DNA of 63,887 nucleotides, counting the filler, from Thraustochytrium aureum (taxonomy: Eukaryota), in NCBI GenBank assembly GCA_012862495.1. It is 6 parts of 5 records of this genome, joined end to end, with 100 filler letters (N's around TTAATTAATTAA, not from the genome) between each part and the next. Parts side by side here need not be neighbours in the genome. Positions count along the whole stretch, not along the records: positions 41,970 to 60,623 come from BLSG01000249.1; 5 more parts are not named here. One strand, written 5' to 3'. The position numbers and the translations under genes were made by a program. The notes below the pieces were generated by a model that saw only the letters and a list, made by a program, of their open reading frames with translations, had not been told where the DNA came from and searched no databases. Shown one piece after another: positions 47,535 to 58,467 of the stretch. Every line of letters starts with the position of its first letter. The first letter of the stretch is position 1.

Positions 47535-49811
47535 ATGGAGGGGCTGATCCCTGTCGTGAACAAGCTGCAGGATGTGTTCAACACGATCGGGCAGCGCAAG
47601 CCGCCGCTGGACCTGCCCCAGATTGTTGTGGTTGGAAGCCAGTCGTCGGGCAAGTCCTCCGTGCTAGAAAACGTGGTGGGGCGAGGCTTTCTACCGCGCG
47701 GGTCCGGGATCTGCACCCGGCGACCGCTGGTGCTCCAATTGTACCACTCTCCTGGCAAGGAAGAGTGGGCCGAGTTCCTGCACGTGCCAAACCGCAAGTT
47801 TACCGACTTTGACCAGGTGCGGCGCGAGATCGAGATCGAAACCGACCGCGAGACGGGCAAGAACAAGGGCGTGAGCAGCAAGGCGATCCGCCTCAAGGTC
47901 TTCTCGCCCAACGTGCTCAACCTCACCCTGGTAGACTTGCCCGGAATCACAAAGGTCCCAGTGGGCGACCAGCCGAACGACATCGAGTCCCTGATCCGCG
48001 ACATGTGCCTCGAGTACATCTCAAACCCGCTGAGCATCATTCTGGCCGTATCCCCTGCCAACGCCGACCTGGCCAACAGCGACTCGCTCAAGCTTGCGCG
48101 CGAGGTGGACCCGGCCGGGGACCGCACGATCGGCATCTTGACCAAGCTCGACCTCGTCGACGACGGCGTGGACGCGCTGGACGCGCTGTCGGGCAAGGTG
48201 ATCCCGCTCAAGAAGGGCTACGTGGGGATCATCAACCGCTCGCAGGCCGAAATCAACGCAAACACGCCGCTGCGCGAGGTCCGGAAGAAAGAGCGCGCCT
48301 TTTTCCTCAACCACCCTTCTTACCGGTCTATCGCGGCTCGCCACGGTACCGAGTACCTGACCAAGACGCTCAACAGCATCCTGCTCCAGCATATCCGCGA
48401 GCACTTGCCCGACCTCAAGGCGAACGTGCAGCAGCAGCTTCGCGAGGTGGAGCGCGAGCTGGCCATGCTCGGCTCTGACGCTGTAGACCTGACCGACCGC
48501 ACTGCGCAAGGCCAGCTCATTCTGGGCTTGCTGAGTCGGTACTCGAACAGCTTTGTCGACTCTATGGAAGGGCGCCGCACGCCGATCGCCGCGGGCCACC
48601 ACACGAGCCCAGGCGGCGGGCTGTGCGGCGGCGCGCGCCTCTCTCGCGCTTTCAAGCAGTTTTCGGACCGCCTCGTCACTATCTCCGCATTCCGCGACCT
48701 GACGGATGCGGACATTGGCACGGCCATCTTGAACGCCACCGGGCCGCGGCCCTCCCTGTTTGTGCCAGAGCTCAGCTTTGAGGTGCTCGTCAAACGGCAG
48801 CTCGCCCATCTCCAAGAACCCGCGCTCAACTGCCTGCAAGACGTGTTTGAGATTCTCCAGGAAGTGGCGGACCAGTCGAGTTTCGCAGGGCTCGAGCGGT
48901 TTCGCGCCCTGCAAGAGCACATCCTCGATGCCGTCAACCGCATGCTGGCCGCTAGCCTGGACCCAACGCAGGCTATGATCGAAAACCTGATCAAGATCGA
49001 ACAGGCTTTCATCAACACGAGCCACCCGGACTTTACCAGCAATCTTCACATGATCCGCAACGGCAACGGTGTGGATCTGTACAGCTCTGGCGGGGCGGGC
49101 CTGGTTGCGACGGCGCAGCCCAACGGCTTGAGGACGAGCGACTCGGCCTCCTCGGTGGTCTCGCTCTCCTCCGAGCCCGGGAGCGGGCTGCGCAAGACGA
49201 GCGCCAGTCTGGACCTGGACGCCGCCAACGAGGCAGTCGAAAACATGTCGATGAACGGCCACGCGGGGGGCGAGAGCGCCTCGGACGACGGCGAAGCCAT
49301 GTACAAGGAGACGACCAAAAAGTCGAGCAACTTTATGTCGTTCATCTTCAACGAGCGGGTCAACACGGCCACTACGAGCGCCAGCCAACACTCGCACGTG
49401 ACTGCGGGCCACCGCGTTTCGCACAATGCGCACGCCGGGCCAGCCTCGCGGTTGTTGGGGATGTCGGGGTTTGCCAAGGCTGGGCTCATGTCTGACGCCC
49501 TGATCGAGGAGCAAGAGTCCGATTCGCAGATCCGCATTATCAAGCGGCTTATCGAGACCTACCTGAGCATTTCCAAGAAGAACGTTCTGGACCTCACGCC
49601 CAAGACGATCATGTTCTTCCTCGTCAACCACGTCAAGGAGAACATCCACACAGAGCTCATCCGCTCGTTGTACAAGGAGGAGCTGTTCGACGAGCTCCTC
49701 CAGGAGGACGAGCAGGTGGCCCAGTCACGAGCCAACTTGCGCGAGACGGCGGGGCTGCTCAACTCTGCCATGGACATCCTTGCCGAGGTCCGTGAGTACA
49801 AGCTCAAGTGA
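47535..49811 (+). CDS. Dynamin-related GTPase (DRP1/Dnm1/Vps1 type), intact and intronless
   Basis: MEGLIPVVNKLQDVF, GSQSSGKSSVLE (G1), GICTRRP (G2), DLPG (G3), TKLD (G4), middle domain, variable insert, GED (PKTIMFFLVN...LYKEELFDELLQE). No PH or PRD domain seen. Confidence 0.95.
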   Translation: MEGLIPVVNKLQDVFNTIGQRKPPLDLPQIVVVGSQSSGKSSVLENVVGRGFLPRGSGICTRRPLVLQLYHSPGKEEWAEFLHVPNRKFTDFDQVRREIEIETDRETGKNKGVSSKAIRLKVFSPNVLNLTLVDLPGITKVPVGDQPNDIESLIRDMCLEYISNPLSIILAVSPANADLANSDSLKLAREVDPAGDRTIGILTKLDLVDDGVDALDALSGKVIPLKKGYVGIINRSQAEINANTPLREVRKKERAFFLNHPSYRSIAARHGTEYLTKTLNSILLQHIREHLPDLKANVQQQLREVERELAMLGSDAVDLTDRTAQGQLILGLLSRYSNSFVDSMEGRRTPIAAGHHTSPGGGLCGGARLSRAFKQFSDRLVTISAFRDLTDADIGTAILNATGPRPSLFVPELSFEVLVKRQLAHLQEPALNCLQDVFEILQEVADQSSFAGLERFRALQEHILDAVNRMLAASLDPTQAMIENLIKIEQAFINTSHPDFTSNLHMIRNGNGVDLYSSGGAGLVATAQPNGLRTSDSASSVVSLSSEPGSGLRKTSASLDLDAANEAVENMSMNGHAGGESASDDGEAMYKETTKKSSNFMSFIFNERVNTATTSASQHSHVTAGHRVSHNAHAGPASRLLGMSGFAKAGLMSDALIEEQESDSQIRIIKRLIETYLSISKKNVLDLTPKTIMFFLVNHVKENIHTELIRSLYKEELFDELLQEDEQVAQSRANLRETAGLLNSAMDILAEVREYKLK

Positions 49812-50216
49812 CCGCCAGGCGATCCCCTCGCGCGGGCAGCAGGACTGCGTCGCTTGCGACCCTTTTTTTTAAATGCAATGACCATNNNNNNNNNNNNNNN
49901 NNNNNNNNNNNNNNNNNNNNNNNNNNNNNNNNNNNNNNNNNNNNNNNNNNNNNNNNNNNNNNNNNNNNNNNNNNNNNNNNNNNNNNNNNNNNNNNNNNNN
50001 NNNNNNNNNNNNNNNNNNNNNNNNNNNNNNNNNNNNNNNNNNNNNNNNNNNNNNNNNNNNNNNNNNNNNNNNNNTTTCCCTTTGCGCAGCTCTTCTTCTG
50101 CGCGCCGGCGGCTGCCTGAGCGGCCGGGTGGCCCACCGCGCAAGCTGAAGCGTGGCTCTCTCTCTAAAGAGGGCCTGCAAATCGCTCGGCTCTGGCGAAG
50201 CAAAACACTTGCTCTT

Positions 50217-52113
50217 TCACCAATTTCCGCCGTACGCCGCGCCGCCCACGACATCGCGCATGTTGGACTGCTGGCCGCGCAGCGTGCTCTGCAGCTTGGG
50301 GCAATTCGTGATGCGGTGGCCCAGGCCGCCACAGTACGCACACGACGAGTCGGCGTCTGCGCCCGCCCCGCTTGCCGCAGCCGGATCCTCCAGCTCTTGC
50401 AGTGCTGCCGGCACGCGCTGCTTTGCTTCTACCAGGAGGTGCTTGAGGTCGAGCAGGATCGACGGCTCGGTGGTGCTATTTATAAAGGTTGTGGCTATCC
50501 CCCTCTTTCCCGAGCGCCCCGTGCGCCCGATGCGGTGCACATAGTTTTCGATCTCGGGCGGCATGTTGAAGTTGATCACGTGCTGGATCGCCGGGAAATC
50601 GAGCCCCTTGGCCGCAATGTCGGTGGCCACGAGGACGTCCTTCTCGCCACTCTTAAACTGCGCAATAGCTTCGTTGCGGTCGTCTTGGCCCTTGCCGCCG
50701 TGGATGGCCACGGCCTCCACGCCCTTCAGGAGCAGGTACTCGTGCACGTCGTCGCACTCCTTCTTGGAGTCGCAAAAGATGACCACGGGGGCGGCGACTT
50801 TTGCAGCACTGTGAGGAGGTAGACCACTTTGGCCTCTTGCTTGACAAACTCGACCTCCTGCAAGATGTCGAGGTTGGCGGCGCCGGCGCGCCCCACGTTT
50901 ACGGTGACTGGCCGCACGAGGGAGGTCTGCGCGAACTCGACGATCTTCTTGGGCATCGTGGCGCTGAATAGCAGCGTCTGCCGCTGCACCTTGCAATAGC
51001 CCGGGATGCGCTGCAGCTCGGACTCAAAGCCCTCGTCCGCCACCATGCGGTCCCCCTCGTCGAGGCAAAAGTACCTGCAGCAATCTAGGTTGAGGTGCTC
51101 GCGCTGCAAAAAGTCGTTGAGTCGCCCAGGCGTGGCCACCACCATGTGCACTCCGTGCTTCTCAAAGGCGAGCACCTGGGCGCGCTTGTCCGTGCCACCG
51201 ATCGCAAGGGTGGCGTGCAGACGCGGGTGCCCATCGCGCTCGAGCGCGTCGCAGAGGGACTGGACGATCTCGTACGTCTGCGACATGAGCTCGCGCGACG
51301 GGCCGAGGATGACCCCGAACGGCCCCTCCCCGCCAATGACTGGCACTTTGAGCTCCTCGCCCAGCGACATGAGCACCATGGGCAGCGAAAACGTCAGCGT
51401 CTTGCCGCTGCCGGTGAAGGCGATGCCGATCATGTCGCGACCGGAGAGGGCCACCGGGAGACCCTGGATTTGAATCGGCGTGGGCTTAACAATGCCCTTC
51501 TCCTTGAGGCACTTGATGATTGCGCGAGGGAGCCGCATGTCTTTGAAGTCGCGCACGGGTGGCGGCACGTCGTCGCCCTCGACCAGGATGTGCAGCTTTT
51601 TGCGGATGCGAATGTGCTTGTCCTTGGATAGCCGTCTCACCTTTCGCGCAGGTCGCCAGCCCGTTTCCAGCGAGCGGGTGTACTGGATCCCGCCCTTGGC
51701 CTTTTCAGAGGCAGACATGAGAGCGCGCTGTTGCGACATAACCGTCTCCAAGAACTTTTGCTCCTCCGCTTTCACCTTGGCCGCCTCGAACTCTGGGTCC
51801 TCCTTGAGCTCCTGCGCCAGTTCAACGAGCGACTTTGTCGTCTGGCCGCCCGCGGCGCCCGCCGCCGCGCCGTCGTCATCCTCGCTGCCCTTTGGCCTGT
51901 CGCCAGCCGCCTCGTCGTCCGCCTTCGCCGCGGAGCCGGGGTCCCCACGCCACCGGTGCTGCGCGACGCATTCTGCTGCGCTCCCCGGCCCGGTTTCCTG
52001 CCCAAGATCTCCGCTTCGCGGCGCCGCTTGCGCTCCGCCGCAGACACAAACGGCACGTAGGTCGCAGCCGCCGCCGCGCTGGGGCCTTCGGCGCCGCTCT
52101 TCGCGGCCTCCAT
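50217..52113 (-). CDS. DDX41: DEAD-box RNA helicase DDX41/abstrakt; frameshifts ~51950 and ~50790
   Basis: [79 protein letters not shown]-terminal zinc knuckle [17 protein letters not shown] characteristic of DDX41. Confidence 0.93.
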
Positions 52114-52440
52114 CGCGTGCCGAAGTGGTCTCGGATCGGGGACTGCCCTTGTGCGAAGTGCCGCGAGGCATCCCGATGGACTCGAGTTGCCCGGCGTCCG
52201 TCCACCCCTCCACTGACCGCGAGAGCAGGACGGCCCGCGGGTCGATTGATGGACGCAGGGACCCGTGGTGTTCGATCAGCCCAGAAGCGAGGCGTGGACG
52301 TGCAACCAACATCATGGCGTTTGCTAGGGCAGTGCGGTACTCAGAGACCACGAGCTACGACGAGTTCATGTGGAAACGCGCGGTTGACTGACAGGCTGGC
52401 TTGGCCTTGGCTAAGCAATGAGCTCGCTCGCATGCGCTGG

Positions 52441-53641
52441 TCATGGCTGGCTTGCGAGGAGGGAGGCGCGCGAGGAGGACAAGGCGCCGCGTTCGCGGGT
52501 CTCCGAAGCCGAGTGAAGGACGTGAACCGCGATGCCTTCCAAGTCTGGCTTGAGGTCGCGCGGGTGGAGAACCGTGTCAAAGTAGTAGTAGAGGAGCGGC
52601 GTGACGTACCAGGCCACGACGACGTCGGCGGTGTAGTGGTGACGTGAGGAAACAATAAGTAGGGATTCAAGCACGCACAGCCCCAGCGCGATGCCGACCA
52701 AAACGCGGTTTTGCCGCGGCGATATCCAAAACGCACTCTCCCCATACCGATAGAGCGTCTGCGTGAGCACGAGGCACAGGAGGACATGTCCCGAGAACAT
52801 GAGGTCGCCACAATTGTGATATACATCCCCTGCCGTGTAAAAGCACTGCGCAAGGGTAGGCTTGAACTGCTCTGGCCGCGCTGCCGCAAGGCAACGGTCA
52901 GCAGACCCAGGCGGCGACGTACCGAGGTAGGTCAGCGCGCGCAGAACGTGGCCCATGGCGTAGACCGACGAACCGCGCAAAACCATGTTGACAAAATGTG
53001 GCTTCGGGTTGCGCTTGCCGGCCGTCGCGTTGTTCACAAACAGGCCCACCGACAGCAGACAGCCCACGGCCATCATCGCATTGAGGGNNNNNNNNNNNNN
53101 NNNNNNNNNNNNNNNNNNNNNNNNNNNNNNNNNNNNNNNNNNNNNNNNNNNNNNNNNNNNNNNNNNNNNNNNNNNNNNNNNNNNNNNNNNNNNNNNNNNN
53201 NNNNNNNNNNNNNNNNNNNNNNNNNNNTGTCGACGAGGCCGCTCTCTACCATCGAGGCTGGCAGCTCGGGCACGAGGTCGTGTCCGAGGTCTTTGAGCCG
53301 GTGCTTCTCCACCGGGAACCGGTAGAACGCGAGGTTGAGAAAAACAAACATAGTCCCATACACGAGCACCACCGTGTTGCCCAGCACCCACCACCACTGG
53401 CGCTTGATCAGATCGGCCTCCTCCCTCAACCGCCACCCGAGCGAGGTGGACAGCGCGAGCGCGTCGCTCACAACCGTCCCAGCATCCAGGCTCTGGCTCC
53501 TCACCGACGCCGCGCTAGCCCTCCTCAGCCCCGTGCCTACCTCCGCCCAGCCACGCCGCTGCCCGCGCTCCGCAAGCCCTCGCCCGCGGTGCGCGCGTCG
53601 TCTTCGAGGTCGCCATCTCCGTCGAGACGACCGGCGTCCAT
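52441..53641 (-). CDS. Sphingolipid synthase (SMS family; plant-type inositol phosphorylceramide synthase-like); gap 53088-53227; frameshift ~53545
   Basis: LKDLGHDLVPEL, LRALTYLGTSPPG, CGDLMFSGH (D3), SRHHYTADVVVAWY (D4) with catalytic H/H/D residues; several TMs. Confidence 0.85.
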
Positions 53642-53731
53642 CCGCGTCAATCGCACGCTGCCAGAGCCCAAAACGCAGCGCAGACCAAAGCGAAGCGGGC
53701 CAGAGCAGCAGCAGGACGGCCAGAGTTCTAC

Positions 53732-53766
<35 letters not shown>
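53732..53766. repeat. (CTG)n trinucleotide microsatellite
   Basis: About 11 CTG units upstream of the SMS-family gene. Confidence 0.85.
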
Positions 53767-54228
53767 GCTGCGAGCGCGCACGGGGACAGCAGGTCTGCGA
53801 GACGCAATGCGTCGCATGAAGGGCCACACGCGCGTTGGTAGCGCTCTGGCTGCAACGCCTTGAACGTCAAGAATGGCCGGTTCGCGATGTCCTGCCTGAG
53901 TTTCATGCTGGCGTCGGCGAGATGGACTCGGACCTGCTGGACGCTGCGCGTTGGAGTCTGATGTCGTTCGGTCGGAATCGGGTCGAGCGGCGTGGCTTGG
54001 CCTTAGCCTTCGGCGGGTTTGCACGGGTCGGTTTGTCACTGGCAGGTTTCGTTTGGTCTGCCGCGGGTCTGCTGTCGTGGTTCATGGCATGCGCGTATGG
54101 CGCACGTAGCCTACGTACCACAGTACTGAGTACTCCTCGAGTTGCTGTGGGCGTGGTTGGCAGCAAGGTGATCTTCTTTGGCGAGGGATTACAGATGCAG
54201 GCTATTCTCTGCGTTAGCTCTAGTAGCT

Positions 54229-57200
54229 CTAGACGAGCGCGAGTTTGACGCTCGCGGCCGATGCGGCCGGCGCATCACCGGCGCCGCCTTCGATTTCGCA
54301 CAGCGGGACAGAGTCGACAACCCGGAGCTCGACGATGTGATCCGTCGCGGCGTCCTCTTCGCCCGCGCTGCGCGAATGCTTTGCGGACATGCGGCTCTCA
54401 ATGTGCAAAGCGTGCGCAAAGAAGGCCGCCAAGTACGTGACGAGGTCGAGGCTGAGCGTGTACCAGGACGCAAGGTCGAGGTAGACGGTTACGACAAACT
54501 GGCCGAGGATGGCGACCTTGAGTATGTATACGGCAACGCGACCGATTGCGACGCGCTGCGAGAGGCCGGCCCATTCGGCACGACCCTCGTTCAGGAGATC
54601 CTGGACCCAGAGCCCCCCGACAAAGAGCATGTTGGGCATCGAGTGAAACATGTAGTCCCGAGTGCCAAACTCGACGTCCGGAGCCTCGGTGGCCGACCAA
54701 ACACCGAGACCGCCGACCGCCGCGATGCTGGCAAAGATGACCGGGTTGAGAAAGGCCACGAGCAGGCCGCGCGTGCGGCTATACCGCGCCGCCATCTCGG
54801 CCGGCTCAAAGCGGGACGCACAAAAGTAGACGAGCCGCACAGCCGAGAGCTCAAAATAGCCCAGCGTAAAGTCTGCGTAGTGCGAGGGCTTGTTGGTGGT
54901 CGCGTCGTTGGTGGACGTGATGATCGACAGGACACCTTCACCAATCATGATTAGCGCCAGCTCGCCGATCCTGTGGGCCAAGTAGTGCAGGTCGACCGGC
55001 ACTGTCGTCGCATTCGTGAAGCGCCCTGTCGCAACGCCAAGAAACCCGAGCGCCATGTGCGCCGGAAAGGGCAGCGCCCAAAGCAGTGTGGTTATCGCAA
55101 GCGACACCCCCGGGGTGAAGATGGTCGCAAAGCTCGAGCCGACGAGGGCGAGCGCCAGCGCAGAGCTGATCAAGTTGTTCCTTGCATGCATGCCAGGCGC
55201 CTGCTTGCGGTACCAATACAATATCTCGGCATACTGGAGCATGATGGTCGCTTCGAAGACCAGGCGCGCCGTAGTGAAAAACACCTGGCTGTTTGTGTTG
55301 TCCTGAAGATCCGCAATCGAACCACCCACGTCGATCTGCGTGCTGAGGATGGCGATGAGACATCCCTGCAAAATGTCCAGCACCTTGTGGCTCACGTCCG
55401 GCGAGGAAAAGGTGGCCTGCAGAAGGTTTTTCCGCATCCAGCAGTCGTACACGGCAAGGAATTGGCTAAAGTAAACCCACATCATCTCCAGCTCCATCGA
55501 GGCCAGCTCCGAAACCGCCAGATCGTTGAGGCGGTATGCCACGCCCACGAAGGTAAGGTCAAAAAAGAGGTCGGCCCAGTTCACTTCGGCAGAGTGCTCG
55601 TGCACAGCGTCCCATGTCCGTTTCACCAGCGGAGCGCCATTGTAATAGTTTGTCTCCGCAAGCGCGACGCGCAGCGCTTTGCGGAGCGTGCGCGAAGGTT
55701 TGGGTTTGCTCACTCGCGCAACGGCAGAGTGGCGCCGGCGCACCCGGACCGCAGCAGCGAACGAGTTGCGCTTTTTCGATTGAACATTCGCGCGCGCCGT
55801 GGCGGGCAGAGTCGCGCTCGCGCTCGACGCTTGCTCCGCTTTCGGTTTCAAAGAGTGGTCGCTCGTGCGGAGCTCTGGCGCCATGTCGTCCAGCGCAGGT
55901 TTGCCAAGTTGCTCTCGGGCGGTTTGGGCAGCGGCCCTGTCTTGCAGGATTTCGCACTCTGAATCGTTCCGGTCAATACCGCACGGCCAGTCTTCCGTAT
56001 TGTACTCACCTTCGCCAAGGCGCTCGAGACCCCTGCCAATCTCGCGCATCCGCTCTTCGCGCCGCCTCAGAGCGCGCTTGAGCTTGCCAATTGCCAAGAT
56101 GATCGCCACAGTCCGGTTGAGCTTGCGCTTGCGCTTGAAACGGCCAGTCATCACCTGGAAAACGAAGAGGCCGAGCAGCAGCAGCAGCGAGCAGAGCGTC
56201 GGGTAGATGGGCGGCAGGTGCGCAGCAGCAAAGCCAGCAACCGGAAGAAACAGGAAGGGGAACAAGCAAAATCGCATCACCCACGTCCGCAGCCGCTCAT
56301 GGCCGTGCGAGATCTCGAGCGCGGCTTCGCTCTTGAAAAAGCTGATGCCCAGCTCGCGCTCAACGTCGAGGTGCGAGAGCTGCTGCGCAGCCAGTAAAAA
56401 CACCAGGACGCAGAGGGAGCCTTGGAGGAGCCAGTAGTACTTGTACGCCTTGCTCTGGGTCTGCGGATCCTTGTCCCACTTGCTTGTCGTGTCCATCATC
56501 TTCTTGAGCGCGACGCCCACGCTGAGCTGGGCAAGGGAGTACCAAACGAACATTTCAACCCAGATAATGCCGACCCACCTGCTGTGCAGCATGCAGTGCT
56601 CTTCTGGCCGGAACGGCAAAGTAGAATAGTGCAGGAGCTGGAGCGTACCGAGGAGGAGGTAGCTCACAATAAAGACGGGCGCCAACGCGGCGCTCGACCC
56701 CCCGGTGTCGTGCACGTCATACTGGAAAAAGATGATAATCTGAAGCACGCCCTCGCCAAGCATGAGCATCGTGTACTGACCGAAGCGCTGCAAGGCATAC
56801 TTGATGTCCCACGGCAACGCGTTGGTCTGGTCGAACGCGCCGCGCCGCACAAGCACGAGCCAGCACAGCCGTGACACAGCGTACGAGGCAAACCAGACGC
56901 AAGAGGTGACCATTATGCTTGCTCCGGCTAGGATCGGCACGAGAGCGAGCGCTAGCGTCGCGGTGGGCACCATCTCGATCAGGGCGGCGATTCGTGCGTA
57001 CCGCCGCGCGTTCTCCTCGCTCTTCTCCAGAAAGTATATCTCGGCCCAGACCGAGATGCGCAGCAAGTGGTTGACGACCATGCTCACCGTGAACGCCGTG
57101 GCGAACCCGTTGCTTGACTCGGCAAACTGCTCTACGGTTTCCGGGATGTTGTGCGCTGCGTACGCGAGGAAGAGACCCTGCAGCACGTAGTTGAGCTTGT

Positions 57201-57818
57201 GGTAGTTGTCTTCCGCGTGGAGCATGGTGTCAAAGGTCAAGCGCGCGAACCATCCCGTGTAGAGAACCAGGACAACGCTGATGAACAGAAACAAGCTCTC
57301 TTTGCGGCGCCGCACAGGTGCGCGTCAGCTGGACACAACCCCGATGAAGGAAAACTGCGAAAGCCAAACCTCGGTAACTTACGGCCAGAAACGGTCCCAA
57401 GGATGTTGCCCGCCTGGAAGCTCACACCGACGTAGATCAAGTCGAAAAAGAGGCTGCCCCAAGTCGGGTGCCGGTCGGGCCGCGGCTCGCCCCAGCGGTA
57501 CAGCGGCCTCGGCGGCGCATAAAACGGCCTTCGATGCCGCAGCGAGTCCCCGTGATCCCCATGCCCGTGTCCGTGCGCGCCCTCGTCCGCGTGCTTGTCC
57601 ACGTCACTCGATACGCTGGCAAGCTCGGACGGCGTATGTGGCGCCCTGTCCAGGCTCTGCACAGGCGAAGAGAGCTCCCCGCTGTTCACGCGCCCGCGCA
57701 CGCTCAGCGTCGCTTTCAGAGCAGCCGCGTCCACGTCCTTTCGCGCAACGATCTTGCACACCGCGGGTCCCTGCCGCGGTCCTGCGGCGTTGACCAGCAC
57801 GCCAAGTGTGGGGTCCAT
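54229..57818 (-). CDS. Large multi-pass membrane protein with two tandem LtrA (low-temperature requirement A)-like domains; intron 57300-57382
   Basis: Repeat 1: WGSLFFDLIYVG...RFGQYTMLMLGEGVL. Repeat 2: WADLFFDLTFVGVA...RIGELALIMIGEGVL. Both match the LtrA pattern (xELFFDLxFV, ERxGxFxIIxLGE). GTAAGT...GCTGAC...GCAAAG intron restores the frame. Confidence 0.8.
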
Positions 57819-58085
57819 CCTTCCAACGGCAGGCCTCGAAAGAAACGCCGGCCCACGCCTGCCCCCGTGCGCGCGCAGCTGCTACAGAACAGGCTCTGCG
57901 CAGCCCGCGCTCCAAGCGCCTGGGGCCGCGCAAAAGCTAGCTAGCTAGCCGCGCGCGGGGCTTGCCACAGTTCGTGCGTTGGGTGTCTGTCTGTGCTGGT
58001 GGCGAGTACTCCTCTCTTCTGCGAGCGCCACTTGAGGGAACGACAGGCTCCTGCGCGCCGTCGTCGATCTTGGTCTCCACCTCCT

Positions 58086-58185
58086 CGAGCTCAGTAGCCG
58101 TCCCCGCGGGGATGCCCAGCCATTCGCAAGCCGTCAGCCCGCTCGCGAGCTCAGTAGCCGGCCCCGCGGGGATGCCCAGCCATTC
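58086..58185. repeat. Direct repeat, ~40 bp, 60-bp period (CGAGCTCAGTAGCCG(T/G)CCCCGCGGGGATGCCCAGCCATTC)
   Basis: Copies begin at 58086 and 58146. Confidence 0.85.
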
Positions 58186-58232
58186 CCGCTCGCGGGCTCG
58201 AGGGGGTGCAACTCGATCAAGAACGCAGCGTT

Positions 58233-58319
58233 GAGCAACAACCCAACCACTGGCACATGGAGTACATCATTAGCGTCGCGTAGAGCAACAACCCAACCAC
58301 TGGCACATGGAGTACATCA
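58233..58319. repeat. Perfect 37-bp direct repeat, 50-bp period (GAGCAACAACCCAACCACTGGCACATGGAGTACATCA)
   Basis: Copies at 58233-58269 and 58283-58319. Confidence 0.88.
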
Positions 58320-58467
58320 AGAACGTGGACTTGAACCAACCAGAGGCGGGCAAGAGGGAGCAGCTCGGCATTTTGGGGCAGCGATAGAAACGAGCGCCAA
58401 AGACTCATCCGCTTATTCGTGCGTTTACAGATTGCTGGGCACGTCTTCGCGGCGCTTGGTCGTGCGC

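Noticed and set aside
48021..49649. Long antisense ORFs (e.g. 542 aa opposite dynamin; also opposite GST, CHD, DDX41 and the giant gene)
   Set aside because: Explained by strong GC3 bias on the sense strand, which removes antisense stops; the translations are not protein-like.
35789..53641. A lipid/membrane-trafficking gene cluster (5-alpha-reductase, IPC synthase, dynamin, AP-3, VMA21)
   Set aside because: The genes lie on different scaffolds or are interspersed with unrelated housekeeping genes; there is no evidence of co-regulation.
58233..58319. 37-bp repeat pair as a mini CRISPR array (also 6961-7055 and 46200-46253)
   Set aside because: Only 2-3 copies, spacers absent or 13 nt, no cas genes, and the context is eukaryotic with spliceosomal introns.
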